A stretch of 64,000 bases of DNA from Phycisphaerae bacterium (GCA_029260075.1 JAJDDY010000027.1:126086-190085), one strand, 5' to 3'. Positions 51,095 through 61,001 are shown, counted from the first letter of the stretch. Notes: generated from the letters alone by a model not told the origin. Translations and numbers: made by a program.

Positions 51095-51544
51095 TCACAC
51101 AGTCTCCGGCTCAGTGGGGTGAATCAACTTGGCATCGAACGGCGTACCGCACTCCGGACAGCGGGGTTCGGTTTGACCGCGCAGGTCATACCCGCATTTC
51201 AAACAGATCGGAATGCCGCGTTTGACAAGTTGAAGCCGCAAGAATCGGCGAAGGCGGTGACGCCAAAACCAAGCCAGACCCGGCACGCCGGCGCCGGCCG
51301 TCACTCCGCTTACCACGCCGGCGAACATGCTCCCTGGGAGATGAATCCACGGTTGAACGGCTATCAAGATGACCGCCGTACTGATCCCGACGCCAGCCGT
51401 AAATCCAAAGAGGCCGACCCAAAAACCTAACGTCTTCATCTGTCGCCTTTGCCACGCATACAGAACTTGACCGGCGTCTTCCGGAGAATCGAAACGCTGC
51501 AACTCCGGATACCGCTTCATCTGACCAGGTGTAGCTTTCCGCAT
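51095..51544 (-). CDS. Hypothetical membrane protein with C-terminal zinc ribbon
   Basis: Two TM helices, then CLKCG...CPECG. Confidence 0.5.
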   Translation of the reverse strand: MRKATPGQMKRYPELQRFDSPEDAGQVLYAWQRRQMKTLGFWVGLFGFTAGVGISTAVILIAVQPWIHLPGSMFAGVVSGVTAGAGVPGLAWFWRHRLRRFLRLQLVKRGIPICLKCGYDLRGQTEPRCPECGTPFDAKLIHPTEPETV

Positions 51545-51747
51545 GGGTCACAGCTCCCGACACGATTCACGTGCGATGTGAACGCCCGCGAGGGCATCGT
51601 TCAACCAGCAACATACACAAGTCATAATCGGAAAACCATTCAAGGCAAGACGATCCCAAGTTCCGCTGGATGAGGGAAAACTACAAAGGGTGACCGGCAG
51701 GAGGCCGCGTCAGACGTGTTCAGTGTAACCGGCTTAAGAACGCCCTA

Positions 51748-53283
51748 TCATGCAGCGGCTTTGAGGGCGAGCGCCGCTGCGTAGTTGGGTCCGAGCGAAG
51801 TGTTCGCAGGGTCCACTGTGATACCTCGTTCGAAATCTTTGATGGCTAGGTCGTAGTTCTTGAGCGCGACGTTCTGCAAACCTCGAAGGTCGTAGGCCTT
51901 GGCAAGTTCCTGCCCGTAACTGTCGTCGATGCGATACGTATTGTAGGCCGATTCAAAAAGTGTAATGGCCCGGTCGTAGTTGTTCGCATTGACTTCGACA
52001 AGTCCCTGCGAATAGCTCAACTCCGCCTTCTTCGTCTGCGCCGTCGTCGAAGTCGAATCGAGTTCGTACGCCTTGGAGTAACTCGCGAGGGCCAGCTTGT
52101 CATCGCTGTCGCTCTCAAAACGACGGCCCAACTGAAGGTATAGACCGGATAGCTCCTTCCTGAACTTGGCGTCATCCGGCGTCTTGCGTGAGGCCACGCT
52201 CAACTTCGTAAGCGCCCTCTTGAAATTGCCGCGCGTGATGTCTTGCTTGGCTTCCTTTGTGGCTACGCGTGCGGTCGCATCGGTAACAGCCGCATCGAAC
52301 GGTGCAATCGCCCTTGCGGCGCGGACGTCCATCACAGCATCGCTCGTCTTTCCAGCTTCGAGCCTATTCAGTGCGCGAGCGGCGTAGCCTCCGGCGAGAT
52401 CTTTCGCATAGGCGATGTTGTACGGGGCGATGTCCGACGCGCTCTTGAGTTCCAACACGGCATCATCAAGACGACCGGCCTTCTGGAGCGCCCGACCAAG
52501 CAGATTCCTCGGCAGTCCGACCACCGGATGTTCATCCGCCAGCTTGCGCGCACGCGTAACCACCTCGTCGACTTGGGTACCGTCGGCCAACCGAAACGCT
52601 TCTTGCAACGCACCGAGCACCTGCGCGGGCTGTCCCGCAGCGTCGAATCCCTCGGCCATGGCCAGGTAGGCGTCGGCGTTGTCGGGGCTTCGGTCGCTGA
52701 GGTGCTTTAGCAGGCGAAGCCCCTCAGTCCGTTGACTAGAGCTCTTCATCTTGCGGCGAGCGAGGGCGAGCACGTCTTCATCACTCCCATTGAGCGTTCG
52801 TACGAAAGACACGTCGTCTTGATAGGAAGGGATGTCGGGGCTCAGCGCTGCCGCTTGGGCGAACCGGCGTTCTGCGTTCTTGTAGTCATTCTCAAAGAGG
52901 TAGGACGTCGCGATGAGGCGAATGGCTTCGCTATCGTCGCCGCGTTTACTCAGCAACGCTTCGGCTTGTTCGCGAGCGCCTTGGGTATCCCCCCTACTGA
53001 TCTTCTCAGCCACCGAACCCAGTACGTCGGCACGTTTTTCGTCGGCCGCCGAAGGGCCGGTGGCTGCATTCGCACCGCCTAAGAGCCCGCCCAAAGCGCC
53101 GTACTCCGCCGGCGCAAAGTTCTGCACGGGTCCGGAAAGAATGGCGGCCGGACCGAACGCCGAACCGGAAGCTTGCGAAGCACGGCGCGCAAGCCCCCCA
53201 CCGGAAGAACTGCCGCCCGAGGGTAGCTGAAAGACCCCCGCCGCCAGCGCAGCGCGCAGAGATGATATACCATGAACGCTCAT
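51748..53283 (-). CDS. Tetratricopeptide-repeat protein
   Basis: Repeated TPR-like A/Y/L patterns. Start placed at ATG with a GGAAGG SD (MSVHGISS); the track ORF extends upstream. Confidence 0.65.
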   Translation of the reverse strand: MSVHGISSLRAALAAGVFQLPSGGSSSGGGLARRASQASGSAFGPAAILSGPVQNFAPAEYGALGGLLGGANAATGPSAADEKRADVLGSVAEKISRGDTQGAREQAEALLSKRGDDSEAIRLIATSYLFENDYKNAERRFAQAAALSPDIPSYQDDVSFVRTLNGSDEDVLALARRKMKSSSQRTEGLRLLKHLSDRSPDNADAYLAMAEGFDAAGQPAQVLGALQEAFRLADGTQVDEVVTRARKLADEHPVVGLPRNLLGRALQKAGRLDDAVLELKSASDIAPYNIAYAKDLAGGYAARALNRLEAGKTSDAVMDVRAARAIAPFDAAVTDATARVATKEAKQDITRGNFKRALTKLSVASRKTPDDAKFRKELSGLYLQLGRRFESDSDDKLALASYSKAYELDSTSTTAQTKKAELSYSQGLVEVNANNYDRAITLFESAYNTYRIDDSYGQELAKAYDLRGLQNVALKNYDLAIKDFERGITVDPANTSLGPNYAAALALKAAA

Positions 53284-53513
53284 CGCTTCCTTCCCCAAAG
53301 TGCGTGTGAGCTGACCCTTAAATTTACGATACGCCTGGCCGATGGCACTTGCGTATTGCGGACCTGATCGTCCGAGAACCTGTGTGCTGGTTGGCACGGC
53401 ATAAGCGCAGGTTACCAGTCTCTGCTCGCGCGACGTCCCCGACGGGCAAACGAATCTGCCCATGCCAATCCCCGACGCGTGGCCTGTCCCGGTCGATCGC
53501 CGAGAAGCGATAA

Positions 53514-53546
53514 TGGATCACCGGGCGGAAGCCGGTGCCACACCTT
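53514..53546. repeat. Family-B repeat, copy 5 (reverse orientation)
   Basis: ATGGATCACCGGGCGGAAGCCGGTGCCACACC. Confidence 0.75.
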
Positions 53547-53705
53547 TTCAGCAGGCTACGATCTCGGCATTCTCGATTGAATTGCGTAGCTCGCCCGGAT
53601 ACTATCGCGATTCGGTGCGAAACGCGAGGGCCACTGAATTACCGGTGGTAGTCGGCCGCGGCCAGTTGAAGAGCTAGGAGAGTGATTAAGAAGGGGTGCG
53701 TCGAA

Positions 53706-53777
53706 CCGAGCCGCGACTGTCGTCAGGGACCGGTTTTCGCACCTGCGACCGGACCGCTTCCTTGCGGGCGCAGCTCT
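53706..53777. repeat. Family-A repeat, copy 10 (degenerate)
   Basis: CCGAGCCGCGACTGTCGTCAGGGACCGG...CGCTTCCTTGCGGGCGCAGCTC. Confidence 0.6.
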
Positions 53778-53807
53778 CAAAGAAGCCTTTGCATCACGTT
53801 CAAAGAG

Positions 53808-54944
53808 ATGGATGCCTATCCAATGATTCGTCCGCCAACACGTCTGTTGCTTCTACTTGCATTGATGCTCGTTCCTGTCGGCGAACTGCACGCATCGCCT
53901 CCAACCGGCCGGCTCGCCGCCGATGTCGGCCAAGTGGCGTCGTCGAACTCGGGCTATGAATCGCTCTTCAGGACCGGTTTCGAACCAGGTGAGGCCACGG
54001 GTACGCCCGCAGACGCCCACACATGGATGGTGTTTCAGAACACCGGCAGTGCGCCACCGCCCGCACCGTTTGCACTATCCGTTTTCTACCAGACACCCGG
54101 TGACGTGACGGACCGCTACGCCAGAATCATTGATGACCCGACCCGTTCCGGCAATAAAGTGCTTCACTATTGGCTGAAGAATGCAGTCATCGATTCCGGT
54201 TTCGAATCTCACCTCAAAGGTCGCATCCAGACCGGTTTCCCTGATCCGTTGGTAGACGCCACGGTAGTTTATGCCAGCCAGCGCGTTTTTGTTCACGACG
54301 ACATGAATCTTCTGCAAAACTATCCCACCAACGGTGACCCGTGGTGGATCGGTATCACAATCCAAGAATTTTGGTTCGGCGCCAACTGGCTAGGCCACCC
54401 CAATCCTGCGAGGATATCGCTGTCCATGTATCCTGACGGCAACGCCATGCATTTGGCACTGACATGCGACACGACCGTCGACTTCACGCAGTTCTGGCTA
54501 GCAATCAATCCGGAATACACACTACCCGTGGGTGAGTGGATTACGATGGAGATTGGGTACAGAATGGGGAACGCGACGACCGGACGCATGGTGGTGATCA
54601 TTACGGAAGAGCTAACGGGCCAACGTGAGGTCGTGTTCAACGTGACCAATTGGACCTACAACCCCGCCGCCGACGACGTAAGCGGTACGGGACCAGTTCC
54701 GTTAACGCATTGGAATCCGCAAAAGCTATACAGCAGTGACAACGTCTTGAACTTCATTCGCGACAGCGGCGGCGTGGCCCAGATCTATTGGGATGACTTC
54801 GAATTCTCACCAGAATGGCCGCCCGACTTCTTGAGCAACCCCGTTCCCACAGTCTCCACCTGGGCCCTGGCCGCGCTCGCATTACTCATTCTCAGTGCCG
54901 GTGTCATTTGTTGCCGCCGTGTTTCAGGGCGGCAGATCCCGTAA
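53808..54944 (+). CDS. Secreted hypothetical protein with PEP-CTERM-like C-terminal anchor (…PVPTVSTWALAALALLILSAGVICCRRVSGRQIP)
   Basis: Signal peptide MIRPPTRLLLLLALMLVPV. C-terminal TM + basic tail. Start trimmed past a family-A repeat. Confidence 0.6.
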   Translation: MDAYPMIRPPTRLLLLLALMLVPVGELHASPPTGRLAADVGQVASSNSGYESLFRTGFEPGEATGTPADAHTWMVFQNTGSAPPPAPFALSVFYQTPGDVTDRYARIIDDPTRSGNKVLHYWLKNAVIDSGFESHLKGRIQTGFPDPLVDATVVYASQRVFVHDDMNLLQNYPTNGDPWWIGITIQEFWFGANWLGHPNPARISLSMYPDGNAMHLALTCDTTVDFTQFWLAINPEYTLPVGEWITMEIGYRMGNATTGRMVVIITEELTGQREVVFNVTNWTYNPAADDVSGTGPVPLTHWNPQKLYSSDNVLNFIRDSGGVAQIYWDDFEFSPEWPPDFLSNPVPTVSTWALAALALLILSAGVICCRRVSGRQIP

Positions 54945-55076
54945 TCGACGCGGAATGGCCCAATTTAAGGATCTCTCCAGATGACGATGATCATCAATGT
55001 AACTATGGGCACGCAACCGAAAAGCACGCCCAAGAGGAGCCGGGTCGATGCCCCGACCTGCCCGACTGGAGGTTTG

Positions 55077-55742
55077 ATGAAATACACAGTGTCCTTCTTG
55101 TTGTTGTTGCCCTCGTGCGGGCCGAATTGTCCGACGTGGCGAGCGCAAGCAGTTTCTCGTGTTCCGACGACACCGCCCATCGTTGTGAAGGGCGCAGGCG
55201 CGGAATGGGAGCGACTTATCGTTGAGGTCTGCGAACCTATTGTTGCGGGCGAGTTTGATCGTGGCCTCGTTGTCGCGAACAAGGCGCTCAAGATGGCAAA
55301 GGAAAACGCTGGACCAAGGCATCCGGACGTAGCATTGACCCTTCACCAATTCGCCTATCTCTACCGACGCCAAGGGCAATACGCGACGGCCGAGTTGTAC
55401 TACAAACGCTCGATAGAAATGTACAGGAGTATGCAACACTCGGGTCATGATTTTTTGGCCATGACCCTTGACAACTTGGCGCTCTTCTACCAGGAGCAAG
55501 GCCGATACACAGAGGCTGAATCGCAGTTCAATCGCTCGCTGGCGCTAAAAGAAAAGGCGGCGGCGACTAAAGAAATTGACCTTCGCATGGCCCATCACGA
55601 CGTGGCGTCGACTCTTGAGTACATGGCGGTATTGTATCGGAAGATGGACCGGGGAAAGGAGGCGGAGCTCTTGAAGCAGAGGGCGGTGCGTATCCGAGCG
55701 ACGCAACGACAAAGGAAAGCGGCCAGCCAAGGCGCCGGATGA
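55077..55742 (+). CDS. TPR-repeat lipoprotein (TPR_10/12-like)
   Basis: GGAGG SD 5 nt before ATG. LLLLPSCG lipobox-like signal. Three TPR units (YATAELYYKRSIEMY...). Confidence 0.65.
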   Translation: MKYTVSFLLLLPSCGPNCPTWRAQAVSRVPTTPPIVVKGAGAEWERLIVEVCEPIVAGEFDRGLVVANKALKMAKENAGPRHPDVALTLHQFAYLYRRQGQYATAELYYKRSIEMYRSMQHSGHDFLAMTLDNLALFYQEQGRYTEAESQFNRSLALKEKAAATKEIDLRMAHHDVASTLEYMAVLYRKMDRGKEAELLKQRAVRIRATQRQRKAASQGAG

Positions 55743-56561
55743 CCGGATCAAGTCTTGAGTTGGGCGCCATGGGTGAGCATAGCCCACCCGTGTCGTCTCC
55801 TTTGCTGTACCGAATGAGCGAACGAGTTCGCCATTGCAACCCTCGACCATCCACACCTCGTCAGAGCACGGGTGGATCAGGTGGCCGATCATCCATCTCC
55901 AACCGATCACCGGAATCCTCCGCGTACCATCGTGCGCTCGACCACTCCCGATCCGTCGCGTCATCGGCAAGATCACGCCGCACGGGGTTGATGTGCATGT
56001 ACTCGTCAACAGCCCATGCCGTCTTCGTGCTGATCGCATATCATATCGGACCGATGGGACGCGAAAGGTGGTCGGGCGTATTCCTCCGCATTTGCCGCTC
56101 GCATGAAGGGCGCTTCCCGGCGTGCGGGCGACCGTCCGATCGCATGACAGGGACCACGACACGCCGAAGATCGCGCGCACGCCCCGCCACTACTACGCGC
56201 AATTCTTGCCGCTGCTGCTCCTGCCACCTGCCACCGCTGACCGACGCAGTCAAACCGCCCCCACGGCCTTGGACGGCCTCTTCTAACCAACCAAGCACAC
56301 TCGTTTCGTACGGTCTGAAAAAGTCCGGAGCTGGCCTCAAGAAAATTTTGCGCTTGGGACGATACATGTCCTACTTACCGAGACTACCTAGCTTAACAAG
56401 GCTAAGTTAACTCAGTCAGTCGTCAGTACGTCGGTTAGAAGGATCATCGACCGGGTTGGAACTTGGTCACTTGGTACGACGCGTTGGTCGGCTTCGGAAT
56501 CGGGCAGGAGGCCCTGACCTATGGGGTCTCCGGATTACGTCCGCGCTCTGGGAGTTTTTCG

Positions 56562-57296
56562 ATGCCGTCAACCTCAATCGTCGATGAGTACCTGACCCCG
56601 CTGGTTGCGGGAGATCGTGTCGCCTGCCGCAACTTCGTCCGTGATCGCGTTGCGGCTGGTGATGATACCGTGTCGATCTACCACGACCTGCTTTGGCCGG
56701 CCATGGAACGCGTGAGCAAGCTTTTCCGCGCGGACAAGATCAACTCGGCGTCGGAAAGCATGGCTACGCGAATCAACCGGTCGATCGCCGAAAAGCTTCA
56801 GTCGTCACTCACGATTTGTGAACCGAACGGCAAGCGCATACTAATCGGCAGCGCTCCGGGGGAACCGGACGAACTCGGCGCGCTGATGTGCGCTGACCTC
56901 TTCGAAGCGGCCGGTTGGAACGTCTATCTCCTCGGCGGCGGCATTCCCAATGATGAAATCCTCAGCCTCTCGGGCCAACTTCGCCCTGATATTCTCCTGA
57001 TCTTCGGCACGCAGCCATCCGGCGTGCCCGGCGTTCGACGACTCATCGATCTGATTCGCGAAATCGGCATCAACCCGACCATGAACATTATGGTATCGGG
57101 CGGTGTCTACAACCGGGCGGACGGGTTGTGGAAGGAAGTCAACGCCGACTTCTACGCCAAGACAGCCAAAGATGCGATTCCCATGGCCACCGCAGCCGAG
57201 CCGAGAAAACCGGAGCCGCCGCGCACCGGTACCCCCAAGAAACGTCGCCGTCGTCGTCGCCCGCCGCTACTCGCTGTGGCTGCGGATACAAAATGA
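56562..57296 (+). CDS. Cobalamin-binding-domain-like protein (B12-binding helical cap + Rossmann-like domain, His of DxHxxG replaced) with Arg/Lys-rich tail
   Basis: Architecture resembles MerR-associated B12-binding domains: RILIGSAPGEPDELGALMCADLFEAAGWNVYLLG. GGAG SD. Confidence 0.55.
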   Translation: MPSTSIVDEYLTPLVAGDRVACRNFVRDRVAAGDDTVSIYHDLLWPAMERVSKLFRADKINSASESMATRINRSIAEKLQSSLTICEPNGKRILIGSAPGEPDELGALMCADLFEAAGWNVYLLGGGIPNDEILSLSGQLRPDILLIFGTQPSGVPGVRRLIDLIREIGINPTMNIMVSGGVYNRADGLWKEVNADFYAKTAKDAIPMATAAEPRKPEPPRTGTPKKRRRRRRPPLLAVAADTK

Positions 57297-57345
57297 CACG
57301 AGCGTGTCTCTGGAAACGTGCGTGAAAAGATGCATCATAGGCGTT

Positions 57346-57445
57346 GCGACGAACCGAGCCGCGACCGTGAGGAAGTGGTTTTCACGCGCGAGCCCGGATC
57401 GCTTCCTTACGGGCGCGGCTCGGTAAGAGGCTTATCGCACACGTT
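57346..57445. repeat. Family-A repeat, copy 11 (subfamily A2)
   Basis: GCGACGAACCGAGCCGCGACCGTGAGGAAGTGGTTTTCACGCGCGAGCCCGGATCGCTTCCTTACGGGCGCGGCTCGGTAAGAGGCTTATCGCAC. Confidence 0.85.
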
Positions 57446-57493
57446 CTAACAAACTGAAATTGTCCCATTGACGGGGCGGGGATTGCCGAGCGT

Positions 57494-58696
57494 ATGAAGA
57501 TCGTACTTCTCGTTCATCGATATTGGCCATCCGTGGGCGGCGTGGAGAAGTACGTTCGCCACCTCGCGTCGGCGTTGATGGCCGGCGGTCACGAGGTCGA
57601 TATTGTGGCTGGGGCTACGACGGAAGGTCTTCCCCCAACAGCCACGCTGGACGGGATTCGCATCCATCGCTATCCCGCAGTGCGCTCGCCGATGCGGATG
57701 CGTTTGTGGTTTCTACGCCACGCGGCGCTGCTGCGTCGCGCGGACGTTATTCACGCAAGCAATACGCACGTATTGGAGCACTTCTGGCGCATGGTTGGCC
57801 CCGTGGTCGATCCGCGGAAGGTGTTCCTCACGCGACACGGTATGTCGTATTCGTGTCCGGTCCCCGAGTCGGAACAGCGGCGCGCGGCGCGCACACTGGG
57901 TATGGCTGCGGGCGTCGTTCACGACGGTGCGTTCATCGAAAAATGGCTGGGCGTAGCACCAGGCATCTGCCCCGATCAAGGGCTGTTTCCGCCGGCTGAC
58001 GACTTGACGCCCGTGCCGGAACCGCCGCCCACTTCGGGCGTCTTCATCGGGCGGCTGGAAGCCGACAGCGGTATCCACATCTATATTGACGCCGTGGCTC
58101 GGTTGCTTCGTGAATCGGGCCGGGCGTTTGTGCTGCATGTATACGGTGACGGTTCCGCCGCTTCGGCGGTACGCGAGCGTGTGGCGCGCGAGGGCTTGCC
58201 GGTTCGTTTCTACGGCCGCGTGCCCGACGCCCAACAGTACATCACCGATTCGTGCTTCGCACTGATCGACGGTCGCATGGCCATTCAGGAGTGCATGGCT
58301 CGACGGCGACTCGTGCTCGCTGCGTATCCAGACCCGCTCAAGAAGGACTACGTGGGGACGGAGCCGTTCAGCCCCTATCTGGTAGCGGTCGGCGACGGCG
58401 CCGAACTGGCGCGGCAACTCTGCTTCTACATAGACCACCCCGATGCCCGTGCAGCGTTCGTCGAGCGAGCGTTTCAGTATTCGAGAACGCTCACCTGGGA
58501 ACGAACGGCCGCATCTTATGTTTCGCTTTGGCGCGAGCGGTTGGCACATCCCACGCTGCAAGCCAACCGATGGGACATGCTTCGCCTGGCGATGTCGCTG
58601 AACCGCGAGGTCCATTCGGGCAAGAGTGGATGGGCCGCGGCGTGGGCGCCACCTTCGCCAACGATACCCGTCGAAGCGCTAGCGGTGTCTCCGTAA
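57494..58696 (+). CDS. Glycosyltransferase family 4 (GT-B fold)
   Basis: KIVLLVHRYWPSVGGVEKYV N-terminus typical of GT4. C-terminal E-x7-E-like region. Confidence 0.8.
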   Translation: MKIVLLVHRYWPSVGGVEKYVRHLASALMAGGHEVDIVAGATTEGLPPTATLDGIRIHRYPAVRSPMRMRLWFLRHAALLRRADVIHASNTHVLEHFWRMVGPVVDPRKVFLTRHGMSYSCPVPESEQRRAARTLGMAAGVVHDGAFIEKWLGVAPGICPDQGLFPPADDLTPVPEPPPTSGVFIGRLEADSGIHIYIDAVARLLRESGRAFVLHVYGDGSAASAVRERVAREGLPVRFYGRVPDAQQYITDSCFALIDGRMAIQECMARRRLVLAAYPDPLKKDYVGTEPFSPYLVAVGDGAELARQLCFYIDHPDARAAFVERAFQYSRTLTWERTAASYVSLWRERLAHPTLQANRWDMLRLAMSLNREVHSGKSGWAAAWAPPSPTIPVEALAVSP

Positions 58697-58746
58697 CTAA
58701 CACAATTCGGCTTGGGGTGATCGACCGTTAGCGGCCTGTATGATAA

Positions 58747-58774
58747 GTGTGGCCACGGCTTCCAGCTGGTAATC
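58747..58774. repeat. Family-B repeat, copy 6 (diverged)
   Basis: GTGTGGCCACGGCTTCCAGCTGGTAATC. Confidence 0.6.
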
Positions 58775-58796
58775 TGAAGAAGCGTGTTTAGGGGGG

Positions 58797-58868
58797 ACTC
58801 GAGTCGCGCCCGTAAGGAAGCGGTCCGGTTTCGCGGGCGAACACCACTCCCTTACGGTCGCGGCTCGG
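58797..58868. repeat. Family-A repeat, copy 12 (left arm variant TCGAGTCGCG)
   Basis: GACTCGAGTCGCGCCCGTAAGGAAGCGGTCCGG...CACTCCCTTACGGTCGCGGCTCGG. Confidence 0.75.
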
Positions 58869-58988
58869 TTTGTCACAACCTTTCTTGTACACCCTTTTGG
58901 CGATTTTCGCTCTCTACAGATACGCGACGCAAATTCGCGGCCGGATTCGTTGAGACGTGACTAGACACCAGTCTTGTCTAACAGGCTG

Positions 58989-59837
58989 CTAAACGGCGCG
59001 CGGGATGAATGTCTGCTCGCTGAGGTCTGCCCAGCTCTGCTCTGCGTCGCCGACGAGCCGGACCACGTTTTCGCGTGCGTGCGAAGCGACATCACCGATC
59101 ACCGTAACGACGGGCGATCTTAATTCGTCACGATCAGCCGCGTCGGCGATTGTTTCGAGTGTCGCTTTTGTGGCACGCTGACGCGGCGTCGTCGCGCGTT
59201 CGATGCACGCAGCCGGTGTCGAAGGATCGCGCCCGGCACGAATAAGCGAGCGCGCCAGGTCGTGCAGATTGGCACGCCCCATCAGAATAACTACCGTGTC
59301 CATCGCAGCCAATGCAGGGAAGTCAAGATCCGGAGCGGCGCTATCGACCACCACGTGACCAGCCGTCTTGGATTTGTGGCCATCCACCTTGGCGGTATGA
59401 CCCGTCACGATCGCCACCGAACGGACGACTCCGCGTTTCGTGATCGGAATACCGGCGGCGGCGGGAGCAGCCACCGCGCTCGTCACACCGGGAACCACGA
59501 CGCAAGAAACGCCCGCGTCTTCGCAGGCTTGCAGCTCTTCGAAACCGCGCCCGAATACAAAAGAATCACCACCTTTGAGTCGGACCACACTCATACCGCG
59601 CTGCGCGCGATCGATCAGCAGGGCATTGATCCACGCTTGACAATAGCGGTGTTGACCCGGTGCCTTGCCGGCGTCGATCAACTCCGCATCGTCGCGAACC
59701 TCGCCAAGCAGCTCGGGCGCGACGAGACGATCATGAACCACTACGTCGGCTCGGCGAACGAGCTCCAGCCCGCGAACGGTGATCAGGCCCGGATCACCCG
59801 GCCCCGCGCCGACGAGAAAGACCAGCCCTCGCTTCAT
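58989..59837 (-). CDS. cobA: Uroporphyrinogen-III C-methyltransferase (SUMT)
   Basis: VGAGPGDPGLITVRG and GGD..FGRG motifs of tetrapyrrole methylases. Confidence 0.87.
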   Translation of the reverse strand: MKRGLVFLVGAGPGDPGLITVRGLELVRRADVVVHDRLVAPELLGEVRDDAELIDAGKAPGQHRYCQAWINALLIDRAQRGMSVVRLKGGDSFVFGRGFEELQACEDAGVSCVVVPGVTSAVAAPAAAGIPITKRGVVRSVAIVTGHTAKVDGHKSKTAGHVVVDSAAPDLDFPALAAMDTVVILMGRANLHDLARSLIRAGRDPSTPAACIERATTPRQRATKATLETIADAADRDELRSPVVTVIGDVASHARENVVRLVGDAEQSWADLSEQTFIPRAV

Positions 59838-59890
59838 GTGCCCGAAACTCCGTAACTCAACGACACGTCATCTAGCGCAGTCTGCTGAAC

Positions 59891-59934
59891 AAGTGTGGCA
59901 CCGGCTTCCAGCCGGTGATCCATTAGCGACTTCC
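59891..59934. repeat. Family-B repeat, copy 7
   Basis: AAGTGTGGCACCGGCTTCCAGCCGGTGATCCATTAGCGACTTCC. Confidence 0.85.
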
Positions 59935-60813
59935 GCCTCTTGACGGGGCAAGTCGCATCCTCACTTGCGCGGCTGGTGCGTGAATCCTTTCTCGCACCGA
60001 ACCGACCGATTCTACGTTTAACGCCAACTCTGCAATCAACTCGACGATCCGAACATCTGTACCGATCGCAGCGTCGCACACGACGCGGCGACAGTCGACC
60101 CAACCAGCGAACGGCGGCTTCGAAAACTCGAGTCCGACCGGCTGGTTCGACCCAACTGATGGATCGAAGCCAACTCGTTGGTCCGTGCCCGTCAGACCCA
60201 GTGCACGCGGAATGTCATGCGTTGCGTGTGGACCGTTGGTCATTAGAAACGGAACGACAATCAGGTCAACCCGTGCCGTTCGGGATCGCAGGCTGTCGAC
60301 ATTGGGCTCCTCATCCAGAAATGTCGGCAGAACCTCGCGGGCGACGTGAGCCGCACGTAGGGCGTCGGCTAGGCGAATGGTGGCGAATCGACTCCGGCCG
60401 TGTCGCGGCGTGCCATGCCCCACGATTGACACACATACACGATCTAGCTGACACCTCGAGCGCAGGGTGTCGATTCGGTCAGCGACGAGTTTCACGACTG
60501 CGGGATGTAAGCCAACGGGCTTGGTTTGTCGGAGTCGAATGCGCGACGCACGCTTGTTTCTGGACAGCCCACGCGGCAGCAGTTCGTTCGTGAAGTAGCC
60601 GTCGCTCGTCATCATCGGCACAACCGTCACATCATCTGCCGACAAGCGGTCGAGCACTTCGGAAAAACACGGTTCGCCGTCGTGGAATGCGGGCGTGACT
60701 TCGTCGAACCATCCGCGCTCGGCCAATCGATGTGCGTAATCGGCCACCATCTGGTTGGCGCCGGGAGTCCGACGTGAGCCGTGCGCTGCGATAATCAATG
60801 CCGATCCGCTCAT
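59923..60813 (-). CDS. cbiX: Two-domain CbiX/SirB-type sirohydrochlorin chelatase
   Basis: Duplicated CbiX halves (IIAAHGSRR... and IVGHGTPRHGRS...). Start trimmed to MSGSALIIAAHG. The C-terminal end of the ORF runs into repeat elements. Confidence 0.72.
   Translation of the reverse strand: MSGSALIIAAHGSRRTPGANQMVADYAHRLAERGWFDEVTPAFHDGEPCFSEVLDRLSADDVTVVPMMTSDGYFTNELLPRGLSRNKRASRIRLRQTKPVGLHPAVVKLVADRIDTLRSRCQLDRVCVSIVGHGTPRHGRSRFATIRLADALRAAHVAREVLPTFLDEEPNVDSLRSRTARVDLIVVPFLMTNGPHATHDIPRALGLTGTDQRVGFDPSVGSNQPVGLEFSKPPFAGWVDCRRVVCDAAIGTDVRIVELIAELALNVESVGSVRERIHAPAAQVRMRLAPSRGGSR
59975..59998. repeat. Family-C repeat (adjacent to family-B copy 7)
   Basis: GGTGCGTGAATCCTTTCTCGCACC. Confidence 0.8.
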
Positions 60814-60893
60814 TAGGAAATCGTTCAAGTGCGGTAGACCGAGAACACGCTGCCGTAAACGGAACGCATCCTCAGATGATGCGGAAGAAGACC

Positions 60894-60926
60894 AATGCAT
60901 CACCGGCTGGAAGCTGGTGCCACACT
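60894..60926. repeat. Family-B repeat, copy 8 (reverse orientation)
   Basis: AATGCATCACCGGCTGGAAGCTGGTGCCACACT. Confidence 0.75.
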
Positions 60927-61001
60927 CGTTCAACAGCCGCCAGCCGCCTGCGCGCGAATTCGCTCTCGCACCTTCACGCAGACGCACATACGATGCCCGC
61001 T

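Noticed and set aside
57713-58615. 300-aa minus-strand ORF
   Set aside because: Antisense to the GT4 glycosyltransferase gene.
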